A stretch of 41,921 bases of DNA from Nitrospirota bacterium (GTDB taxonomy: Bacteria; JACPQY01). Numbering within the stretch: the stretch's first letter is position 1; every line of letters starts with the position of its first letter. Position numbers and translations under genes: made by a program. This document shows positions 21,356 to 31,100 of the stretch, piece after piece. Under the pieces are notes generated by a model. That model made no database searches. It was not told the DNA's origin and was given only the letters and a program-made list of their open reading frames with translations. Location: assembly GCA_016180645.1 (NCBI GenBank), contig JACPAV010000019.1:140560-182480 (forward strand), written 5' to 3'.

Positions 21356-22177
21356 TCACGCTACCCTTCGGTATGTGTGCGGGGCGCCCTCCATCGGCTG
21401 GTAGGAGTACTTTCCGAACTCGGGCGGCGGGGCCTCGGCGTTCCCCAACGCGATCACCCCGGACAGGCACAGGCTTGCATGAAACACCCCGAAGATTCTC
21501 CGCTTGTAGGACTCGCTGAAGGGCTCCAGCACGCCCCGGGCCACGATGAGCACGAATTCGTTGAACGAGCTGTCGGTGGCGAGATGGTGCGATACGCGCA
21601 CGATTCGGTCTTTCAGATCCGAGTCGAGAACCGCTCTCTGCCGAACGATCTTGAAATAGTCCGGTAGTTTCGCTCGACCTCCGGAGGCCGCATAGGCGGA
21701 GTCCGAGGCTTTCATCACCCCGACGGGGACGGTACGCGAGTCTTCCGGCGCGCCCGCCACGCCTGTTCGGCGGGAGACATAGATCGTGGATCGATCCGCC
21801 AGACCCGCCTCCCTCAGAACGATGGCCAGGGACTCCGCTTCGAACCCGCCCTCCACCAACTGCCAGATCCGGATGAAGGGAAAGGTGCGCAGATAGGGCG
21901 CGATGGACTTCCGGACGGTTCGGAAGAATTCCGGAGGTTCGAACAGCCGGCGTCCGTTGCCGGACACATCCTGCATGAGCCGGTTGAAGCAGGGACCCTC
22001 CCGGAGCAGCTTTTCCTGGAGACCTGAAATGCTGCGAACCTTTTCCTCTCGCACCCGTTTCCGGATGCGTGGACCCAACCAGGCCGGATCGTAGGAGCGC
22101 AGATCGAAGCCGTAGCGGGCGAAGATGCCCTGCAGCAGAAGCTGCATCTCCACCGACTCCGTTTCGCCGCCCGACAC
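21356..22177 (-). CDS. CheR-like protein with degenerate SAM-binding motifs (probable pseudo-methyltransferase)
   Basis: CheR scaffold recognisable (LLLQGIFARYGFD, ISGLQEKLL, LRTFPFIRIW, HHLATDSSFNEF), but the GCSTGEE, ATD and CRNV motifs are replaced. GTG 22177 chosen as start. Confidence 0.8.
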   Translation of the reverse strand: MSGGETESVEMQLLLQGIFARYGFDLRSYDPAWLGPRIRKRVREEKVRSISGLQEKLLREGPCFNRLMQDVSGNGRRLFEPPEFFRTVRKSIAPYLRTFPFIRIWQLVEGGFEAESLAIVLREAGLADRSTIYVSRRTGVAGAPEDSRTVPVGVMKASDSAYAASGGRAKLPDYFKIVRQRAVLDSDLKDRIVRVSHHLATDSSFNEFVLIVARGVLEPFSESYKRRIFGVFHASLCLSGVIALGNAEAPPPEFGKYSYQPMEGAPHTYRRVA

Positions 22178-22194
22178 CGTGGCTCCCGCGCCCG

Positions 22195-25100
22195 TTATCG
22201 ATCCAGCGACACGCGCAGGAGCGACAGGAGCTGGTCCGGGTCCACCGGCTTGGCGATGTAGTCGGACGCCCCCGCCTCGATACATTTCTCACGGTCTCCT
22301 TTCATGGCCTTCGCGGTCAGCGCGAGGATCGGCAGGCTCTTGAATTGCCTGTCCTTCCGGATCTCGCGCATCGTTTCGTACCCGTCCATTTCGGGCATCA
22401 TGATGTCCATCAGCACCACGTCCACATCCGGGGTGTCCTTCAACAGCCGGATGCCCTCGCGGCCGTCCCCGGCGTGGAGCACGTTCATCTTCTGCGTCTC
22501 AAGGATGCTCGTGACGGCGTAGATGTTCCGGATGTCGTCGTCCACCACGAGCACCTTCTTTCCCTGGAGAACCCGGTCCACCTGCTGCACCTGGCGGATC
22601 ATCTGGCGCTTGGACAGCGGAAGATCCGCCATGCGCTGGTGCAGGTAGAGTGCGGTTTCGGCCAGGAGCCGTTCGGGCGACTCCGCATCCTTCACGATGA
22701 TGGATTGCGCGAAGCGGCGCAGTTTCCGCTCTTCCTTCGGGCTCAGGTCCTTCCCGGTGTAGACGATCACGGGAATGTGCCGGAGGCCGGCCTCCTTTTC
22801 CGCTTTCTCAAGGAATTCGATGCCGCTCAGGCCGGGAAGCCGCAGATCCAGAATGGCGCAGTCGATGGCCCCCGATGAGAGCGCGGGGAGCGCCTCTTCG
22901 GCCGAGGCGACGGCCACGACGTCCACGTTCGGATCGCTCAGGAGCTCCGTCAGACTCTGCCGCTCCGTCGCATTGTCCTCGATGACCAGGACGCGTTTTT
23001 TGCGCTTCTCAACCGAGCCCCGGATTTGATCGAAGACCGCTGCCAGGGCCGATCGGTTGGGCACTTTCTCCATGCATCCGGCGGCCCCCAGCCGGTAACC
23101 CCGGTCCCGATCCTCGGTGGCGGTGATGATGTACACCGGGATGTGGCGCGTTTCCGCATCGTGCTTGAGCCGGTCCAGAATGGACCACCCGTCCATGTCC
23201 GGCAACCGGATGTCCAAGGTCACGGCGTCCGGCTTGAAGCGCCTCGCCAGGGCCATCCCTTCCTCCCCTCGCTCCGCCACCACGCCCTTGAAGCCTTTTT
23301 CATGGGCCAGGTCCCAAAGGATGTGACCGAAGCTGGGGTCGTCGTCCACGATCAGCACCAGGCGATCGCCAGGCTCCACCAACTCCCGGTCATCGACCAG
23401 CTCCCGCCTCGCAAACGAAGCGATTTGGATTTCCGAAACGTCCGCGCCTCGCTCCTGCACGGACGCGGCCGCTTCCGCCGCGCGGATTTCGGCTGCCACG
23501 CCAATCGTTTTAGGGAAGCGGGCCGGGAGGTAGAGCGTGAACACGCTCCCCGCTCCCGGTGTGCTGACCACCCCGATTTCGCCGCACAGGAGCCGGCTGA
23601 GTTCGCGGCTGATCGAGAGGCCCAGACCCGTTCCGCCGTATTTCCGGCTCGTGCCCCCCTCGGCCTGTTGGAACGCTTCGAAGATGATTTTCTGCTTGTC
23701 CAGCGGGATACCGATGCCCGTGTCGATCACCGAGAACGCCAGCACGCTTTCCGCGCCCGTGAGGAAGGACTGGTCACCCGTCCATCCCTCGCGCGCCGCA
23801 TCGATGCGCAGGAGAACCTTGCCGCGCGCCGTGAATTTGAACGCGTTGGACAGGAGGTTCTTCAGAACCTGCTGGAGCCGCTTCGCGTCCGTCTGGACGA
23901 ACTTCGGAAGCGATTCGCCCAGCTCGATGGAAAACTCCAGGGATTTCTGGACGGCGACCTGCCGGAAACCGCGTTCGACGTAGTCCTTGAGATCGTCGAA
24001 GTAGACGTCCGCCACGTCCACCGTCATCTTGCCTGCCTCGATCTTGGAGAGGTCCAATATGTCGTTGATGAGGTTCAGGAGGTCCGTGCCCGAACCGTGG
24101 ATGGTGCGGGAGAACTCCACCTGTTTGTCCGTGAGGTTCCGGTCCGAATTCTCCGAAAGCATCTTGGCGAGAATGAGGAGGCTGTTGAGGGGTGTCCGGA
24201 GTTCATGGGACATGTTGGCCAGGAATTCCGATTTGTACTTGGAAGTGAGGGAAAGTTGTTCCGCCTTTTCTTCGAGGGCTTTTCGGGCCAGCTCCACCTC
24301 GCGGTTTTTCCGTTCCACTTCCGTCTTCTGTTCCGCGAGTTGATGGGCCTTTTCGGCCAGTTCTTCGTTGGTCTTCTTGAGTTCGAGCTGTTGTCCCTGA
24401 AGCTCCTGCGCCAACGCCTGGGATTTCTGGAGCAGCTCCTCCGTGCGCATGGTGGCCGCGATGGTGTTGATCATGATCCCGATGCTTTCCGCGAGCTGAT
24501 CGATGAAGGTGAGGTGGATTTCGCTGAAGGGGTCGAACGAGGCCAGTTCAATGACCGCCCGGGTTTCGCCCTCGAACAGGATGGGGAGAACCACGACGCT
24601 GCGGGGTTGCGCCTTGCCCAAGGCGGAGGCGATCTGCACGAACCCCGCCGGCACGTTGGCCAGCAGAATGCGCTTTTTCTCCAGGGCGCACTGTCCGATG
24701 AGTCCCTCGCCCAGTTGGAAACGTTCCAGCGAGCCGGACTCCGGACGGTGCGCGTAGCTGGCCAGGGGACTGAGGTATGAACCGTTGTCCGTTCGCGCGT
24801 GGATGTAGAACACCCCCTGCTGCGCGTTCAGGAGCGCGGCCAACTCCGACATGATGAGCCGGGAGACCGTGACGAGGTCGCGTTGGCCCTGGATCATGGC
24901 GGCGAACCGCGCGAGGTTGGTCTTGAGCCAATCCTGCTGCGTGTTCTTCTCCGTCGTCTCCTTGAGGTTCCGGATCATTTCGTTGATGTTGTTCTTCAGC
25001 GCCTCCACCTCGCCGCGGGTTTCGACGGCGATCGAGCGGGTCAGATCGCCCTTCGTCACGGCGGTGGCCACGTCGCCGATGGCGCGCACCTGAGTGGTCA

Positions 25101-27438
25101 GGTTGGCGGCCAGTTGGTTCACGTTTTCCGTGAGATCTTTCCAGATGCCCGCGGCGCCGGGAACGCGGGCCTGACCGCCGAGCCGGCCCTCCACGCCCAC
25201 TTCGCGCGCCACGGTGGTCACCTGGTCGGCGAAGATCGCGAGCGTGTCGATCATTTCGTTGATCGTGTCGGCCAGCGAGGCGATTTCTCCTTTGACTTCG
25301 AAGGCCACCTTCTTCTTGAGGTCGCCCGTGGCCACGGCGGTCACGACTTTCGCGATGCCGCGCACCTGGTCCGTGAGGTTCGCCGCCATCTGGTTCACGT
25401 TGTCCGTGAGGTCTTTCCACGTGCCGGACACACCCTTCACATCGGCCTGACCGCCGAGTTTTCCTTCCGTACCGACATCGCGGGCCACGCGTGTGACTTC
25501 CGAAGCGAAGGCGCTGAGCTGGTCCACCATCGTATTGATCGTGTTCTTGAGGGTGAGGATTTCGCCTTTGACGTCGACCGTGATTTTACGGGAGAGATCG
25601 CCTTTGGCCACGGCGGTGGTCACTTCGGCGATGTTTCGCACCTGGCCGGTGAGGTTGGCCGCCATACGGTTCACGTTGTCCGTGAGGTCTTTCCACGTGC
25701 CGGACACGCCTTTCACGTCGGCCTGGCCACCCAGCTTTCCTTCCGTGCCCACCTCGCGGGCCACGCGGGTCACTTCCGAAGCGAACGCGCCGAGCTGGTC
25801 CACCATGGTATTGATGGTGCTCTTGAGGGCGAGAATTTCCCCCTTCACGTCCACCGTGATCTTGCGGGAGAGGTCGCCTTTGGCCACGGCCACGGTGACT
25901 TCGGCGATGTTTCGAACTTGGCCCGTGAGGTTCGCGGCCATGCGGTTCACGTTGTCCGTGAGATCTTTCCAGGTGCCGGACACGCCCTTCACCCGCGCCT
26001 GTCCGCCGAGCTTCCCTTCCGTGCCCACCTCACGGGCGACACGGGTCACTTCCGAGGCGAACCCGCTGAGCTGGTCCACCATGACGTTGATCGTGTTCTT
26101 GAGGGCAAGAATTTCGCCCTTTACGTCCACCGTGATCTTCCGGGAGAGGTCGCCTTTCGCCACGGCGGTCGTCACTTCGGCGATGTTTCGAACTTGTCCC
26201 GTGAGGTTTGCCGCCATGCGGTTCACGTTGTCCGTGAGGTCCTTCCACGTGCCGGACACGCCCTTCACACGCGCCTGCCCGCCGAGTTTCCCTTCCGTGC
26301 CCACTTCGCGGGCTACACGCGTAACTTCGGAAGCGAACGCGCCGAGCTGGTCCACCATGACGTTGATCGTGTTCTTGAGGGCGAGAATTTCTCCCTTCAC
26401 GTCCACCGTGATCTTGCGGGAGAGGTCGCCCTTCGCCACGGCGGTCGTCACCTCGGCGATGTTTCGGACTTGTCCCGTGAGGTTCGCCGCCATGCGGTTC
26501 ACGTTGTCGGTCAAGTCCTTCCACGTGCCGGATACGCCTTTCACGTCCGCTTGTCCGCCGAGTTTTCCTTCGGTGCCCACCTCGCGGGCCACACGCGTGA
26601 CTTCCGAAGCGAACGCGCCGAGCTGGTCCACCATCGTGTTGATGGTGTTCTTGAGGGCGAGAATTTCCCCCTTCACGTCCACCGTGATCTTGCGGGAGAG
26701 GTCGCCCTTGGCCACGGCGGTCGTCACTTCGGCGATGTTTCGAACTTGTCCCGTCAGGTTCGCCGCCATGCGGTTCACGTTGTCCGTGAGGTCCTTCCAC
26801 GTGCCGGACACGCCTCTCACGTCGGCCTGTCCGCCCAGTTTTCCTTCCGTGCCCACTTCGCGGGCCACGCGGGACACTTCCGATGCGAACGCGCTGAGCT
26901 GCTGCACCATCGTATTGATCGTGGTGGCGGCGCGAAGGTATTCGCCTTTCAGCGGACGATCCTCGATTTTGACTTTCATGGTTTGCGAGAGGTCGCCCTG
27001 CGCCACGGCGCCGATGACGCGGATGACTTCGGCCGTGGGCTGAATGAGGTCGCCGATGATGGCGTTCAGCGAGTCGACGCTGTCCTGCCAGGATCCTTTG
27101 GCTTCCGGAAGAGCCGCGCGCTGGGTCAGTTTTCCTTCGCGGCCTACGACCCTACGGATTCGTTCGAACTCGCGGGCCATCCCGGCGTTCAATCCGATCA
27201 CGCCGTTCAGCAGGGAGGCCAGCTCCCCACCGGTGCCGTTCCCGTGCACCCTCATCCGCGCTTTGAAGTTTCCTTTGCTCAATTCGCGCACGACGCGGAG
27301 CACTTCCTTAATCAAGACTTCGGGCTTATCCGTTTCCGCGCGACCGGGTGAGGGGGGCTTGACCGACCAGGCGACGTGATGAGGGACCTCCCCGGTCACC
27401 AATCGGTCCTCAGGAACCCCTTCTTCTCTGTCTTTCAT
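22195..27438 (-). CDS. Cytoplasmic poly-HAMP hybrid histidine kinase (HAMP array, GAF, HisKA, HATPase, 3x REC; OsaA/group III Nik1-like)
   Basis: Repeated 92-aa units [22 protein letters not shown]..., [36 protein letters not shown] and three receivers. ATG 27438 follows GGAGG. Confidence 0.96.
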   Translation of the reverse strand: MKDREEGVPEDRLVTGEVPHHVAWSVKPPSPGRAETDKPEVLIKEVLRVVRELSKGNFKARMRVHGNGTGGELASLLNGVIGLNAGMAREFERIRRVVGREGKLTQRAALPEAKGSWQDSVDSLNAIIGDLIQPTAEVIRVIGAVAQGDLSQTMKVKIEDRPLKGEYLRAATTINTMVQQLSAFASEVSRVAREVGTEGKLGGQADVRGVSGTWKDLTDNVNRMAANLTGQVRNIAEVTTAVAKGDLSRKITVDVKGEILALKNTINTMVDQLGAFASEVTRVAREVGTEGKLGGQADVKGVSGTWKDLTDNVNRMAANLTGQVRNIAEVTTAVAKGDLSRKITVDVKGEILALKNTINVMVDQLGAFASEVTRVAREVGTEGKLGGQARVKGVSGTWKDLTDNVNRMAANLTGQVRNIAEVTTAVAKGDLSRKITVDVKGEILALKNTINVMVDQLSGFASEVTRVAREVGTEGKLGGQARVKGVSGTWKDLTDNVNRMAANLTGQVRNIAEVTVAVAKGDLSRKITVDVKGEILALKSTINTMVDQLGAFASEVTRVAREVGTEGKLGGQADVKGVSGTWKDLTDNVNRMAANLTGQVRNIAEVTTAVAKGDLSRKITVDVKGEILTLKNTINTMVDQLSAFASEVTRVARDVGTEGKLGGQADVKGVSGTWKDLTDNVNQMAANLTDQVRGIAKVVTAVATGDLKKKVAFEVKGEIASLADTINEMIDTLAIFADQVTTVAREVGVEGRLGGQARVPGAAGIWKDLTENVNQLAANLTTQVRAIGDVATAVTKGDLTRSIAVETRGEVEALKNNINEMIRNLKETTEKNTQQDWLKTNLARFAAMIQGQRDLVTVSRLIMSELAALLNAQQGVFYIHARTDNGSYLSPLASYAHRPESGSLERFQLGEGLIGQCALEKKRILLANVPAGFVQIASALGKAQPRSVVVLPILFEGETRAVIELASFDPFSEIHLTFIDQLAESIGIMINTIAATMRTEELLQKSQALAQELQGQQLELKKTNEELAEKAHQLAEQKTEVERKNREVELARKALEEKAEQLSLTSKYKSEFLANMSHELRTPLNSLLILAKMLSENSDRNLTDKQVEFSRTIHGSGTDLLNLINDILDLSKIEAGKMTVDVADVYFDDLKDYVERGFRQVAVQKSLEFSIELGESLPKFVQTDAKRLQQVLKNLLSNAFKFTARGKVLLRIDAAREGWTGDQSFLTGAESVLAFSVIDTGIGIPLDKQKIIFEAFQQAEGGTSRKYGGTGLGLSISRELSRLLCGEIGVVSTPGAGSVFTLYLPARFPKTIGVAAEIRAAEAAASVQERGADVSEIQIASFARRELVDDRELVEPGDRLVLIVDDDPSFGHILWDLAHEKGFKGVVAERGEEGMALARRFKPDAVTLDIRLPDMDGWSILDRLKHDAETRHIPVYIITATEDRDRGYRLGAAGCMEKVPNRSALAAVFDQIRGSVEKRKKRVLVIEDNATERQSLTELLSDPNVDVVAVASAEEALPALSSGAIDCAILDLRLPGLSGIEFLEKAEKEAGLRHIPVIVYTGKDLSPKEERKLRRFAQSIIVKDAESPERLLAETALYLHQRMADLPLSKRQMIRQVQQVDRVLQGKKVLVVDDDIRNIYAVTSILETQKMNVLHAGDGREGIRLLKDTPDVDVVLMDIMMPEMDGYETMREIRKDRQFKSLPILALTAKAMKGDREKCIEAGASDYIAKPVDPDQLLSLLRVSLDR
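24965..26895 (-). repeat. Intragenic ~276-bp tandem repeat (about 7 units) encoding the HAMP array
   Basis: Near-identical gttcacgttgtc(c/g)gt..tcca(c/g)gtgccgga blocks recur every 276 bp (about 25403, 25679, 25955, 26231, 26507, 26783). Confidence 0.9.
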
Positions 27439-27472
27439 GATACCTCCCCTTTGTACGCTGACTACCGGGACC

Positions 27473-28084
27473 TTAAGGCGGAGCCGGCAATGACACGCCG
27501 GCCGATCGTGTTCCAACCTCCACGTGCGTGTATTGAAGAATTATGGACACCAAATGATCGGCATCCACGGGTTTCTTGACGAACGTGGTGGCCCCGGCCG
27601 CCATGACCTTGTCCTGAAGACCTTTGCCTTCGTATCCCGTGATGGCGATGACCACGGTATCCTTGAGTTCGGACCTGGAGCGGATTTGTTCACAGACTTC
27701 GATCCCGTCCATCCCCGGCATCAGGATGTCCAGAATGACGACATCCGGCCTCAGTTGCGCAATCTTGTAAACTCCCTCGAACCCGCTCGATGCGGTTTCC
27801 ACAAGCAGCTTACGCGCGGTCAATCGGCGTCTCAGGTTCTTCGTCATTTCTTCGTCGTCATCGACCACCAACACCGTCGGTCGATGAAGATCCAACCCTT
27901 CGGGTGCTTCCATCTTGTGGGCGTCGAGAAACGATCGAAGGTCGGCCGGCCGGACCCGCCGGTGCCCACCGACGGTGCGAAAGGCGATCAGATGGCCGCC
28001 ATCGATCCAGTCGGCCACCGTCGAGGGATACACATGAAAGAGATCCGCGATTTCCGACGTGCTGTAGAACTTTTTCTCCTTCAT
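27473..28084 (-). CDS. Response regulator with N-terminal excisionase/MerR-like HTH
   Basis: [38 protein letters not shown], then REC VVDDD..ILDILMP..VKKP. Start moved to ATG 28084. Confidence 0.9.
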   Translation of the reverse strand: MKEKKFYSTSEIADLFHVYPSTVADWIDGGHLIAFRTVGGHRRVRPADLRSFLDAHKMEAPEGLDLHRPTVLVVDDDEEMTKNLRRRLTARKLLVETASSGFEGVYKIAQLRPDVVILDILMPGMDGIEVCEQIRSRSELKDTVVIAITGYEGKGLQDKVMAAGATTFVKKPVDADHLVSIILQYTHVEVGTRSAGVSLPAPP

Positions 28085-28150
28085 GATCCGGGGTCTTCTT
28101 TCCTCCTCCACATAAATTATATCCCCCTTTTACAGGAATCACCGCTTTTG

Positions 28151-31100
28151 TCAAGCTTCCGAGGATTGATCGCCCCGGGGCCGGTGCTTGCCGACGCCCC
28201 GCTCGGTGGCATCCGGCCATTCGCGGGACGGCTTTGCCTTCCTGGCGCCGCCCCGCTCGGTGGCATCCGGCCATTCGCGGGACGGCTTTGCCTTCCTGGC
28301 GCCGCCCCGCTCGGTGGCATCCGGCCATTCGCGGGACGGCTTTGCCCTCCTGGCGCCGCCCCCCTTGAGCCTCCACTTCTTGACCCATCCGGACAGAAGC
28401 GAGCGGTTCACGCCCAAGTCCACTGCCGCCAGGGAGATGTTCCCTCCCGTCCGCAGGAGAGCGTCTCGGATCGACCGCACCTGCACCTCCTCCAGAACGT
28501 CCTTCAATTTATAGGCGCCCGATCCCTTCTTCACGGGGCTTCCTCCCACGAGATCCAGCTTGTGACGGAAATCCTGAACCTCCAACCGGGCGGTGGCGCA
28601 CACGACATAGGCATTCCGCAATGTATTCTCCAGTTCGCGCACGTTTCCCGGCCAGCGGTAAGCCGAGAGAAGCGCAAGCGCATCGCCCGCGATCGATTTC
28701 GGCGCCCCACCCTCCTCCCGGGCGATTTCCTTTAGAAAGGCATCGACCAGAAGCGGGATGTCCCCTCCGCGTTCCCGGAGCGGCGGGACCGGCACATGGA
28801 AAACACACAATCGGTAGTACAAATCCTCCCGGAACTGCCCGCGCTCGATCAATTCCCGGAGGTCCTTGTTCGTGGCGGCGACGATTCGGACATCCAGTTG
28901 GATTTCGCCCGTCCCTCCCACGGGCCGGACGGCCCGTTCCTCCAGCGCCCGGAGCAGCTTCACTTGAAGGCCCAGGGGCATCTCCCCGATTTCATCCAGA
29001 AAGAGCGTGCCCCCGTGTGCCACCTCGAATAGGCCGGGCTTGTTGCGATCGGCTCCCGTGAACGCTCCTTTGACGTGACCGAACAATTCAGACTCGAAAA
29101 GATCATACGGCACAGCCGCGCAGTTCAGCGGCACAAACGGCTTGTCCTTGCGCGCGGAGTTGAAGTGGATCGCCCGCGCGAGCAGCTCCTTGCCCGTGCC
29201 GCTCTCGCCCTCGATGAGAACCGGCACACGGCTGTCGACCGCCCGGTCGAGGAGACTCAAGACACGGCGGATGGCCGGACTCGTTCCGACGATTCGATCG
29301 TACCGGTACTTCGGCTGCTCATCCTGAATGAGCACACTCAGGCGCTCGCGGGCGCCGTCCAACTCCTTTTCCTGCTGGGTGACTTTTTCCCGCAATTTCC
29401 CGTTGGCCTCCTCGAGATCCGCGGCCAACTCCTCGATCCGGCCCTTCGACTCGTTCAATTCGCGAACGGTTTTCCTCAGCTCACGCTGGTCTCGAATGTT
29501 CTGCGCGATGAGTTGGGCCTTGTAGATCGCAAGCGCAGTCAGCTCGCTGAGGCCGGAAAGGAGGGGACCATCCTCCTCCATGAAATGGCCCTGATCGAGC
29601 TGGGTATCGAGGTACAACGCCCCGATGGGCTTCCCCTTCATCAGGAAAAGCGGGATGCCCAGGACCGACCGGATGCCCAGTTGCGTGACGCTGGCGGACC
29701 GGTTGAAGCGGGGGTCCGCCGTTGCGTCGATCACAAAGAGGGGTTGACCCTGGGCGAGAGTTTCTTGAGCCACCGACAAGCTGAAACTTTCCTCCGGATC
29801 CCGGATTTCCCGGCGTTCCCGCGATCGAGCCACACGTACTTTGAGCTGTCCCTCCTCCAGAAGAAGGAGGAAGCCACGCTCCGCCTTGTTGAAGGCAACA
29901 AGAGAATCGACAATCTCCACCAGCGTTTCCTGGAAGTCGATGGGGGAGTTGATCTTCCGCAGGAGATCGAGGAGCGAGAGCGTTTCGGCATCCGTGCGAC
30001 GGCGCCGCGGTGGGCCAAGGGTCGGAGCCGGACCGGCTGAAATGCCCTTTCGGGGTGCATCCACTCCGGAGGCGGCGAGGGTGGGCTCATCCTGATTGGA
30101 AGCAGCCGCCATCCTCCCATCCCCCCCTTTCTGAAATGGGGGCAGCGCCGGGATTTGTCCCTCCTTGCGGTGGGTGAGGACCTGCGACCGGAGCGAGTGA
30201 AACCGGACCTCCAATTCCCGACTCCCCTGGCGCATCACGGCCTCCTCGTATTCGCCGAGCGCCGTTTCCACCCCTCCGACTTCACCGACCCTCAGACGGA
30301 TCTCCAAATTCACCAGTTTGGCTTCAAGCACGTTGGGCTCCATCCCCAATCCTTCGAAGAGCGCCTGCGAGCCCTCGCTCTCATCCTTCGCTTCCTGGAG
30401 ACGCCCCCGCGTGAGGAAACACACCGCCCTCTCGAGGCGCACCCGGGCCTGGAGATGCGTCATCCCGTGGAGGGACGACAGCTTCAAGGCTTCCGAAAAG
30501 CTTTCCTCCGCGCCCTCCAGATTGCCCGACGACATGCGGAGAAGGCCGAGATTGAACAGGGCCCTCGCGCGATCCGCTTCAGCGCCGATCTGGCGGAAGA
30601 CCACCAATGCTTTTTCGTAGTGGGTTTCGGAGGCCGGGGCGTTCCCGCTTTTCTGGTAGGACACGCCCAGATTGAGGTTCGCGAGGGCCGTGCCACGCAG
30701 GTCTCCGATCTCCTGACTGAGCGTGGCGCACGAATGGAGCGATTCGATGGCCTCCGGCGTGGCGTCTTTCGCCAGGTAGGCCGCACCGAGCGCATTCAGG
30801 GAGAGAGCGTATCGCGCCATGCGTCCTGAACGCCGCCCTTCCGCGCAGTTTTGCTTGAACAGCTCGATCGCCCGGTCCGTTTCCTTCTGATAGAAGTGAA
30901 CTTTTGCCAGGACGTGTCGGAACGCCATCAATTCGTCAGGGTCGCAGAGCCGTTTCCCCTCCAAATAGGCGCGGCTGATCGCCGCCGCCTCACCGTAGCG
31001 GGCCTGCTCCAGGACAACATCGGCGTAGAGCGAATCGAGCCGCGGGAGCATCCTTTCGCCTTCGGGCGAGCGCTCCTTGAATTCGCGGATGGTTCGAGCC

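Noticed and set aside
24799-27351. Long plus-strand ORFs (850 aa and 516 aa) opposite the HAMP kinase, and similar ones such as 12950-15289, 23026-24780 and 20162-21667
   Set aside because: Antisense shadows of well-supported genes, expected in GC-rich DNA; no recognisable motifs.
27473-28084. Excisionase-like HTH as evidence of a prophage or ICE
   Set aside because: It is fused to a receiver domain, a common regulator architecture, and no integrase or phage genes are nearby.
28116-28154. Perfect TTGACA and TATAAT hexamers on the minus strand upstream of the HTH-REC gene
   Set aside because: They are 27 nt apart, not 16-18, so they do not form one canonical sigma70 promoter, although a promoter is likely somewhere here.
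28195-28362. Possible CRISPR array
   Set aside because: Units are contiguous 54-bp copies with no unique spacers, and no cas genes are present.
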